Shown here: positions 19,601 through 27,650 of the stretch, one piece after another
How positions within the stretch are numbered: the stretch's first letter is position 1
Layout: every line of letters begins with the position of its first letter
Source of the DNA: Klebsormidium nitens
Taxonomy: Eukaryota > Plantae > Klebsormidiophyceae
DNA: 34,818 nt
Direction: 5' to 3'
Assembly (NCBI GenBank): GCA_000708835.1
Contig: DF237716.1
Coordinates: 1-34,818, forward strand
Translations under genes and position numbers: made by a program
Notes under the pieces: model-generated
What the model was told of the DNA's origin: nothing
Seen by the model: only the letters and a program-made list of their open reading frames with translations
Databases searched by the model: none

Positions 19601-21281
19601 GGCGAAAGCGGAGTTTCCGACGATCGACATGAGCAGCAACGACTTGGCGAAGACGCATCTGAGACACTTTGTAAGTATTTTGAGACTTTTTCCTTGGAGC
19701 TCAGGTTTTTCTTCCATGACATTTGAACATTTGAGAATCTGAACTGCGGTCACTGAACCTGATTAGGACTGGCAACCGATGAGGAGCTGCCGAATCTCAT
19801 GGCTCTTATGGCGAAAGCGGAGCTAACGACCGAGATGTCTAGTAACGACTCGACAAAGACGCATCTGATTTATTTATCCGAGAACTTTTGTTGAACCCTC
19901 CAAGTCTTCCATCCAAGCGTTCGTTCATCCGAGATCCTGAACCAATGAGCGAGCGATGCGATGCCTATTTTCATCTTATGAGCTGCTCGGGAGAACACTT
20001 TGGAGCTCCCTTTAGCAAGTCATTTCTAAGTGCCTGTGGGCTCACTGTCCGCAGCTGAAAGGGAGTCTTGTAAGATTCCATCCTACCAGCACTCAGCTAC
20101 TAACTTTGAGTTCTCCGTCCGCAGTAACCTTCGATTTGGCGCCTGTCAGCACTCAGCCCTGATTTGTGAACTCCTTTTGTTCTAGGTGGGCGGGAGGAAC
20201 AGCGTAGAAGACGAGGTTTTGTACCGGTTCGAGTTTCCGGAGCGGCCCGGGGCGCTGCTCAAGTTCCTAGACTTCCTCAGCCCGCGGTGGGACATCACGC
20301 TTTTCCACTACCGAGCCGAGGTGGGTTATCTTGTCAACCCGTTTTCAGAAAGTCATTGTGCTGGGTTTGTTTCTGCTACTACCGCAAACATAGAATGTTC
20401 TTTTCAAGTTCCTAGACTTCCTCAGCCCACGTTGCTTGTAACGTTTTAGCTCGTTAACCCTGTCTGTTGCATACCTAACGCTTTCTTGCTGGTGAACGAG
20501 GAACTAGGAAAGGTTCTGTTCTTGAGATCTTGTACTTTTTTAGTCCGTGGTGAATCACGAGCTTCCACTCCCGAGCCGAGGATGGTTACCTCTAACCCGC
20601 GTGATCGCTTTTGCTTCTGTTTGAACCTTAAAAAGGGCGTCAGATTTCAAAGCGCACCAGTGGCATCTGAGTCCTGAGGGAAAATGTCATCGGACGGACT
20701 ACAATGCATCTTGAAATATTGGCTCAGCGACCAGTTTGCCCATTTCTGCGGGTTTTGGTCGCCGAGGCGTGACGGGTCCCAGGACGCCCTCTGTAAGTCG
20801 TACCGCCCTTGCCATCGCCCTTGTTCACCAGCGACGGAGCACAGGGGCGTCGTCTCATTTCCTTCTCGTGTCCGCTCTTGCAAGGCTCCGCCGCTTTTAT
20901 GTGTCGTTCTAGAAGCTTTGTCTTGAAGCCGCACGTTTGTCCACAAATCTTTTTTTTGCCTTCTGCTTTTTGACGAACGTGTGGGATGGATGCTTCGAGA
21001 AGCTTCCTCTCAGGATCCGTTGATCTGCTCTCGGCCCTTTTTTCCTTGCTTCGAGTCGAACGTATGGGGATGTATGTTGTAAAAGCTTGTTTGCGGATCT
21101 TCTTTTTGCTCACGAGCCTTTTCTTTCCTGTATGCTTCAGGGCGAACGTGTGGGAAACGTTCTGGTGGGGCTCCAGATTCCGCCAGCCGAAGAAGCACAG
21201 TTCCGGTCAGCGGCCGACGCTTTGGGTTACCAATACGTCTCGGAGGGCAACAACGAAGCGTTCCGGATGTTTTTACGCTAG
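10160..21281 (+). CDS. OMR1: Biosynthetic threonine deaminase/dehydratase (IlvA/OMR1 type), plastid-targeted, 9 exons, about 709 aa
   Basis: Exons 10160-10672, 11737-11943, 12810-12989, 14062-14208, 15772-15978, 17628-17935, 19179-19470, 20186-20320 and 21141-21281 join in frame with GT-AG introns. Motifs: [18 protein letters not shown] (PLP lysine), [56 protein letters not shown], and two ACT-like units ([22 protein letters not shown]). Confidence 0.95.
11195..11736 (+). repeat. Degenerate intronic echoes of the exon-2 acceptor/start
   Basis: Partial copies of TACGAAGAAGGCATGTTGGGAGGAATCAGCGC at about 11200, 11546 (after tgcag) and 11645. Confidence 0.6.
11737..11943 (+). CDS. OMR1: Threonine deaminase exon 2
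   Basis: ttacag|TAC ... [42 protein letters not shown]|gtgcgc. Confidence 0.93.
12475..12809 (+). repeat. Intronic echoes of the exon-3 acceptor/start (167-bp unit)
   Basis: tacttcttgaccag|GTTTTCTCCTTCAAG..ATGATGGCGCAGCTGCCGCAAGA at 12643 and 12810; a more decayed copy near 12490-12517. Confidence 0.9.
12810..12989 (+). CDS. OMR1: Threonine deaminase exon 3 (PLP-binding lysine)
   Basis: ccag|[13 protein letters not shown]...[14 protein letters not shown]...MPVTTPAIK|gtgggt. Confidence 0.95.
13590..14061 (+). repeat. Intronic echoes of the exon-4 acceptor/start
   Basis: Copies start at 13716 (acceptor mutated to CAA) and 13896 (intact tgcag); partial copy at about 13595; real exon at 14062. 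Confidence 0.9.
14062..14208 (+). CDS. OMR1: Threonine deaminase exon 4
   Basis: ttgcag|[26 protein letters not shown]...[14 protein letters not shown]|gtgagg. Confidence 0.95.
14680..15771 (+). repeat. Seven intronic echoes of the exon-5 acceptor/start, about 167-bp period, alternating A/B units
   Basis: Copies start at 14695, 14828, 14938, 15105, 15273, 15442 and 15608; real exon at 15772; the last five spacings are 167, 168, 169, 166 and 164. Confidence 0.95.
15772..15978 (+). CDS. OMR1: Threonine deaminase exon 5 (Gly-rich phosphate-binding loop)
   Basis: ttcag|[36 protein letters not shown]...VKIIGVEP...ICLDK|gtaagt. Confidence 0.95.
15979..16500 (+). repeat. Downstream echoes of the exon-5 end/donor (TGGACAAG|GT)
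   Basis: GT after TGGACAAG at 15979 (real), 16111, 16235, 16353 and 16472; spacings 132, 124, 118, 119. Confidence 0.9.
16660..17627 (+). repeat. Seven intronic echoes of the exon-6 acceptor/start
   Basis: Copies start at 16670 (AG lost), 16818, 16953, 17099, 17246, 17373 and 17499; real exon at 17628; spacings 126-148 bp. Confidence 0.95.
17628..17935 (+). CDS. OMR1: Threonine deaminase exon 6
   Basis: ttcag|[27 protein letters not shown]...[12 protein letters not shown]...[10 protein letters not shown](R)|gtgagc, ends in phase 2. Confidence 0.95.
18640..19178 (+). repeat. Intronic echoes of the exon-7 acceptor/start (185-188 bp unit)
   Basis: catgcag|AGT(C/G)GT.GCAGAA copies at 18806 and 18994, decayed copy near 18655; real exon at 19179. 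Confidence 0.92.
19179..19470 (+). CDS. OMR1: Threonine deaminase exon 7 (first ACT-like regulatory unit)
   Basis: tgcag|a [31 protein letters not shown]...EFKYR...[11 protein letters not shown]|gtgagg. Confidence 0.95.
19560..19875 (+). repeat. Downstream echoes of the exon-7 end/donor (about 200-bp unit)
   Basis: GCGGAGTTTCCGACGATCGA..AAGACGCATCTGAG.CACTT|GT repeated with a donor at 19671; decayed copy ending at about 19870. Confidence 0.9.
20186..20320 (+). CDS. OMR1: Threonine deaminase exon 8 (second ACT-like unit)
   Basis: tctag|[45 protein letters not shown]|gtgggt. Confidence 0.95.
20404..20600 (+). repeat. Downstream echoes of exon-8 internal and 3' sequence
   Basis: 20404-20428 is identical to 20259-20283 (TCAAGTTCCTAGACTTCCTCAGCCC); TTCCACT.CCGAGCCGAGG recurs near 20560-20582. 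Confidence 0.8.
20925..21140 (+). repeat. Short (about 85 bp) echoes of the exon-9 start
   Basis: CGAACGT(G/A)TGGG follows unit starts at 20972, 21055 and the real exon at 21141. Confidence 0.65.
21141..21281 (+). CDS. OMR1: Threonine deaminase exon 9 (terminal)
   Basis: ttcag|[14 protein letters not shown]...[19 protein letters not shown], typical IlvA C-terminus. Confidence 0.93.
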   Translation, partial: GERVGNVLVGLQIPPAEEAQFRSAADALGYQYVSEGNNEAFRMFLR

Positions 21282-22944
21282 CCTAATCTGACGTCGCATG
21301 TGTCGTCAGCTAGGTTTTGAATTTCTCTCTGTCATTCGAATTCAGTTGTCACTTCTGTGACACGTGCATAGATGGACAAACGTCCATTGAGAGAAGACCA
21401 AAAGCGCCAGGCAACTAAACTTGCGTATTGATAGCGGACTCCGCGCTGCATGCCATGATGAATTATAGGGGGCTCGTCCTGTAAGAATCTCAACCGTCTC
21501 CTGTCATTCAGCTCCGTCGAATGCCTTTCTTAGACTCAGCACATATCTAGCAATATATAGCAAGGTAGGCGCGACAATCCGCTCCCACGTTTCTGCAATT
21601 TCATTTAGTGGCATTGGCTTGTCGAGTTCAAAAAGTTGGAAACTTGAAACTGATATGGCACGCGGTAAGAGTCGACCTGTTGCCCTGCGGCCGCTCCCTT
21701 CGTCCCACGCGAGACCGGACTCCATTCGAGTCCGACCCCTCATAACACGCATTTGACTCAATCTTTGTGACACGAGTGCCGGCATTTCGCATTGATAATA
21801 TGCAGATCAGGCATTAACGTTGCATTCTGTCACAGTCAATCGAAAGTCTGCGCGGGCATTCGTGGCCGGGGCGACCCATACGTGACACTGTGTGTAGACA
21901 CATCTGCTTCAATTCTTTGTTTTCATTTGGTCTCGTTGCATTAAGTTAGTCAAGGTCAGGACCCATGAATGGGTCCATGATCATTATTATAATATGAACG
22001 TACTAGCTTAGTCAATCGCACTCAGTATTACCCGCTGATACCCTAGCTTCAGTTGAGATTGACGCGGACGGTTCCGGCTGTTCTAGCATTCAGAGTCCGA
22101 AGGGGCATGCATGATGTGAGTCCGACAATTATTGATGATGTTCAACGCCGAGTGAGCCCGGAACTGACTCGCCTGGGCCTGTTGGAACGTGATTGTCCCG
22201 TGATTGTATTGGCCAGGCTCCCGGTCCGGCCAGCTATATTGGATAATCAATATAGTCGTTTGATCAAACGACGGTCCGATTTCATTGGCATGATGCATTA
22301 GTTTTCCGACTGTTTGGTCACGGCATGTCACTCAATCGCGTTGGGGCACATTGAATGACGCATGCAGTGCGCGAGACCGTATGAATCCTTTAGTGGCCTG
22401 GCTAGCTCTGCTCGGTGTCTGTCCCATGCCGGCCTCGACTCGACCCGTTCCCGATAATTGCTGGCATGCCACTAACTGGCGGCTCAACCAATGGCAATGC
22501 TGCGCCGCTAAGTTCGTAAAGGGACAGTTCAGTTGTCGACCGTGTGTACATGCATGTTGGTTTCATAGTATGACTGCACAAATCATGCACTTTTAAACGG
22601 TTTAATTATCCACACGTGACATTTCCACCAGCGGAATGGTATTTCCAAACGAGTTCCAAACCACCGCTTCAAGAATTTTGTCGGATTGAAGGGATGAAGG
22701 CCCATGTGCCATCTTCGATTGAGCCTCCCGGCTGACATGTCACCTCCGACATTCATGCACAACCTACACTTTAACTAGTAAAGGTACTGCATCTCAGTAC
22801 TGCATGCTCAGGCATGGTCCTGCACTAGTCCAGTGCAAAATTGCAACCTAAACTAGCCGTGCGCGGCCTCTTATAAGATAAGACTTCAATATAGGTTAAA
22901 TAAGCTTGAGGTAAAGTAAGCCAAGCAGCGTGTCAGCGTGGGAC

Positions 22945-23100
22945 GGATGGTAGGGTGGGCTTAGTTTCAATGGGGATTTAGGGTGGGTACGGGTGTGGAG
23001 CGGGTAAGTTTGAGGGTCAGGTTTCAACACGGTTTCAACGCTAGGAGATTGCTGTACCTACAACTCAGAACTTACTACACCCTCAAACCTAACTTTACCC
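22945..23100 (-). repeat. Dispersed C-rich repeat module, copy 2 (inverted), with local inverted repeat
   Basis: 22978-23002 reverse-complements to CGCTCCACACCCGTACCCACCCTAA; GGGTAAGTTTGAGGGT (23002-23017) is inverted relative to ACCCTCAAAC..TTACCC (23079-23100). Confidence 0.55.
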
Positions 23101-23325
23101 ACACTTTACCATGCAGAGACATCCTTATCATACATACTATATGCCCCTCAATTGTATGAGCGAGGGGGGAGCGGGGCCGGCCGCCCCCCCGCGGCCGCTT
23201 TCCGAAAAGCTCAGCTAGGATCATAGGATGACAGAGGAATTAAGATCGCGACGTTCGCGACGTACTGCAGTGGCAAAGGAAGCTAGCCAGGCCGCCGCCG
23301 CGCGCCAATGCGCGGCCGGCTTGGT

Positions 23326-23688
23326 GATGGGCCGGCGGCCGCTCAGTTGTCCTCAAACCCCTAAGGGAAGGTCATTTTGTAGTGAACCCCCTATGTTCAG
23401 TCCAGAGCCCCTCAAGACCCGAACGGCCAAGCCCCCCCCCCCCTCCGGCTGTATGAATATGTGTATTTTGCGGCTTTTTTGCCCCTGAGAACAGCATTTT
23501 CAGATCCCGATATTACAACAGATTCCGAGCCTGCGGCTCGACCATGGCCGAAACCCCGAGCCCCCCCCCCCCTCCCGCCGCCCTGAGGATTCCAAACCCC
23601 CAACCCCCACCCTCTGAACTGAACATAGGGGGTCAGCTTCAACATGACCTTACCCTAATGAAAAGGTGGGGCCTCCGCCGGCCGGATC
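23326..23688. mobile_element. Foldback / MITE-like element with imperfect inverted arms
   Basis: ACCCCCTATGTTCAGTCCAGAG (23386-23407) vs CTCTGAACTGAACATAGGGGGT (23612-23633) pair at 21/22; pairing continues outward (AAGGTCAT/ATGACCTT, GGCCGGCGG/CCGCCGGCC). No clear target-site duplication and no ORF. Confidence 0.55.
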
Positions 23689-25351
23689 GACCCGTCCCAG
23701 AATATCTCCCAAAACGATCCTCTCAACATCTTACTGGCCAGGAGTACCACGCGTGGCAGATCCTGGAAATCTGAGAATCGGCAAACGGGTGGTCAATTTT
23801 GCAGGAGCCAGCTGCTCTCTGACACGTCATTTAACAGGTGCCGAAAAGCACGAATCCAGTTCGCGTGTGGTCAAAAGGCCTCTGAATCCTGATGATTGGA
23901 AGTTGGTTGAGTAATTCGGCGAATTTAACCGTTGTAAATCTAGGTCTCTCTGAAGAAGCAAAGCAGCTACGGTTTATAGCTGGGTTAGACAATAAGACGA
24001 GTTTGATATGAGGTCACCCTGAAAATGACAATGCTCACTTTTCCAACAGCCCGTACTACCGTAGAGAGACCGAACAGACTGAACTGAACACAGTGAACAG
24101 ACTGGCCGGACAAATTTTCCAGTTGCCCGACTACCATCTGCTTGTTGCAACGAACTTTCAACTGTGGCAGTCTTCCAAGTTGTGGCGCAGTCTTCCAAGT
24201 TCTCTGTGTGTCTCCCACCATGCAGATGCTGACAGCTAGCAAGGAGAACAGCTTTGAAAACAGATCCAGCGGCGGCGGCTAGGGGCGCTTCCAGAGTTGA
24301 AATCTTGCGAGTTGCTCCAGAAATCATTGGACAGGAGGTCAATGCGGGCGCCCGTTGAGCTCCATCATCAGGTTATAATCTAGATTACCCTGAGCTCTAA
24401 TGCTCGTCTGAGTAGCAGGTGCGAAGGTCAGAATCTTGGCAAAAAGGGGCATCTCAAGGGCAGTGTTTCATTGGTCTTGATGCGGTTGTCGTAGACCATT
24501 CCAGGCATTGACCGCATGGTTTGCGGACAATCAGGCCGGTGCAAGTCCCGCTCACCTCTCCGGGCGTGAGGCCTTCTCTCACCGCCAAGCGTTCCTCCTC
24601 AAGAACAAGACCTCTTCGGGATGCACGTCGTATGTTTGGGCAGCAGCAGGTAAACGGCCAACCTTGCAGGATTTGACTGACGTCCTCAGAAAGACCTGCT
24701 AAGTGCCTGTTCCGACGGAAATTTGAGAATGCTTCTTGTTCATGCTCAGCGACGCCACTTCTTTGTTGCTCCAGCTTTGCTGCACTTGAAGCTTGAGACT
24801 CCTCCAGAGCATTCTGGTCTGCCGTGCAACAGCTATTATTCACAGATCGTCAAGAGGCAGAGTTTGATTGTCCTGCTTGCTGACAGCCCTCGCTGAGTGA
24901 TTGAAGAGAGGATAGGACAAACTTTGAGATGCTTGACATGATGCTCAAAGTGACTCAAACAAGTGCGGCTTATTCCCAATCTGGAAGGGATTGCATTGTG
25001 TCTTTTCACAATGGATGTGCTTGGCAAGGGAGCTCTGCATCTCATTTAGTGTGACTAGCAGTGGCACAAGAGGAGCTCTGCTTATCTTCAAATGGAAAAT
25101 GAGGTTCATCTTTGACAGCAACAACGTGCTGACGAACTTATGAAGTACGAAGCGAAAGAACGCTGAAAAGTCTGCATAGATCTTGTTGTTTAGCTCATTT
25201 CAACAAAGAATTTCTTGATGCAAGTAATAAATAGAGCGCAACGTCTGCTCTCTCTTCATTGATTGGTTTCAGCGTTGACTCTGCTTCAAAGAAGAAGATG
25301 GTATGCATTGGCTAGGTTTTCATTTCCACCTGAATGATTCACAAACATGAG

Positions 25352-26398
25352 TCAGAATCTGATTGTTTCCTGACAATATCTGTCGAGACCATCCTCCAGT
25401 GCTGTGCGTTTATGGAAGTCAGCAGGGGTTATACCCATCAGATTGAGATTGAGCAATGAAAGACCCATTTGCAGCCTTTGAGGGGAGTGGCCATCTCTTT
25501 CTCCCTCAGATGGTTGTTTCTGGCGACTACCTGCCACCACAACAGAGGCTTTCTCGAGGAGTTTGAAGAGTTTCCAGACCCCGGAATTCAACTACAACTT
25601 TGATATAAAGTTCCGGCATACCAGGTTGTAGAGTGGCACCACAACTCTTCCTTGATCTTCACTGCACTGGCGCGTCACCTCACATACTGAGCAATCCTCC
25701 AACTTTTTCCAGGTAGGAGATGATGTCACATACTTAAGCCAGCGAAGGAAAGCTCAAAACAGAGCAAACAGGGGAACTGCACGAAACGTCCTTGTAAGGT
25801 GATGGTTCCCCGCTTTGCTCACTTCGGACGCTATCACTTCCTCAGCTGCTCTGAGTGGTAATCCAGGCTTCTGCTACGCTGCTGCTGTTTCAAACCGAGC
25901 CGCTAGCCTGTGTAAGGTGCGCCTCTCTCTTAGCTTAATTGCAATGGGTTGGTTAGCAAAGCGGGATGCAGATGGAACACACTCGAATCGATTGAATCCT
26001 AGAAGCAAGTATGGGTTCACATAGCAGGAGGAGCAATTAAGTCACCCATTGACAATTGGTGGTATACAGACAGGATCAGGAATCGTGGGGGTGGTTTTGC
26101 ACGCTCCCCCTTCCAAATGACGGAATAGCGCTTTTCTTGCTCTGTCTTCTGGATATGAGGCCCTACTCAAACGACACTGAGCTCTGAGGTAATGCTGAAC
26201 GAACCCTGAGCGAAAGTGAAAACTACCACAAGCACAGCCAACACAGCTTACAGAAAGGAGCAGGTGTTCCAGCTGAAACCGATCATTGTAGCCTGTGTCG
26301 CATCTTGCCCAAAGTTGCAAGTTCAACAAACACCATGTGCTGATTACAGTCTGTACTTTGCCCAGGCAATCACTAGTCCAATGCTGAGCAGTAAGCAA
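25352..26398 (-). pseudogene. Probable decayed coding sequence (possible transposase remnant), identity unresolved
   Basis: ORF-track ORFs 26042-26398 and 25352-25591 lie in the same frame; by hand translation this frame runs about 350 codons with only 4 internal stops; Cys-rich segments. Confidence 0.35.
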
Positions 26399-26451
26399 GG
26401 CGGATGTTGCGGCTGAGGAAGCCTCCTAGCTCAATGACCAACAGAGACCAG

Positions 26452-27598
26452 GTAAGTCAGACATTTGCCCCTTGACTTGGTGAAGTTTTCCAAAATCTTG
26501 ATTGGTGTTTTGAGAGCTGAGGTTTTGTTACACTTCCTATGTCAACGTTTTGACTCGGCGGCTGGATCGGTATGTGTTTTGACAAGACCAATGACCTTAC
26601 CTGGAACCATTTACAGCTTTGGTTAGTTTTTTGGCCCCTTGTATGCTTATTCTCCTGTCAAAATTACTTTGCTGCAAAAGTCGACTTCTCTGAGGTCTCT
26701 CTGGCCAGCCGATACAGGCGTATGTTGAAGTTGCATCAAGCATATGATTGCCCTACTTGTAGAGCTTACTCGTGACAAATGTTCAACGGTTCAAACAACG
26801 CAGTCCCCTGAGTTGTCCTTTCAGCAAAGAGCACGTTCCAGATCCACCATTTTTGCCCTTTTTTTCTTCCTATTTTGCTGTTGTCATGAGTTGCTAAGGT
26901 GATGTCAGCGCAATGAACGATCTTGTGAACTAAAGAAGGGACTCTGAGCTGACTTGTCTTTTGATTGGAGAAATGTTTGAAATCTTAAGGATTATTCCTT
27001 TCACCCTCTCTTGGATCTATGCTTCAGACGGGATCCTCGGCTAAGATTGTTTCACCAGATAGCTACAACACGATTGTAATTTGGAGAGCCTAGATCAGAT
27101 ATTCCCGCCCTTCATCTTAACATTTCTTTCTTCTGATTACCGGTTGAGAACTCCGCTCTCCGTCATCCTTCATCCGCGCTCGATCTTGGGAAATCGAACA
27201 TGGAGACTCGCCCCTGATCTTAAGACTCGACAATTCCTGCTCCTCTTGGAGCAGGAAAGAGGATACGCACGGGGGCGCCAAGCTGATGCCTACACAGGTC
27301 TTGAAGGTACCCCTCCCGTGCTCTCTGCCTTGCACCCCCACAGATTTCCCTCTCTTTCTTACCCCTTCGCAAACCGGTCCTTCAGCCATCGATATTGAGA
27401 TATTTTTACTCTTCTCTCCCTTGCAGCCAAAGATGGGTCACGCGGGAGCCCCAAGCTGATGCACACACAGGTCTCGAAGGCATCCCTCCCTTGCTCTTTG
27501 CCTTGCACCCCCACGAATCTCTCCCTCCTTCTACCCCTTCGCAAATGGTCCTTTCATCCATCGACATTGAGAATCATTTACTCTTCTCCCCCTTGCAG
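26452..27598 (+). other. Probable 5' UTR intron of the NAL1-like gene
   Basis: Consensus donor CAG|GTAAGT at 26451/26452 and acceptor ccttgcag 6 nt before the ATG at 27605; pairing of the two sites is inferred. Confidence 0.4.
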
Positions 27599-27650
27599 CC
27601 AAAAATGGACTCACGCGGAGGCCCCAAGCTGATGCACACCCAGGCTCTTT
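27240..27650 (+). repeat. Three 172-bp tandem units covering the acceptor and ATG-containing exon start of the NAL1-like gene
   Basis: gcag| unit starts at 27255, 27427 and 27599, spacing exactly 172; shared CCAAGCTGATGC..AC.CAGG, and CCTTGCACCCCCAC in the two upstream units. Confidence 0.95.

Noticed and set aside
11195-21140. Tandem threonine deaminase paralogs or a misassembly
   Set aside because: Only one complete exon set exists, and copies differ by many substitutions and indels, far more than read error would give.
22945-23002. True interstitial telomere array
   Set aside because: No tandem run of a telomeric unit, only scattered TTAGGG-like words.
27395-27604. ORF-track start of the 427-aa ORF
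   Set aside because: This part is echo/intron sequence upstream of the acceptor at 27598; the ATG at 27605 is the better start, and the ORF tail after 28520 is intron.
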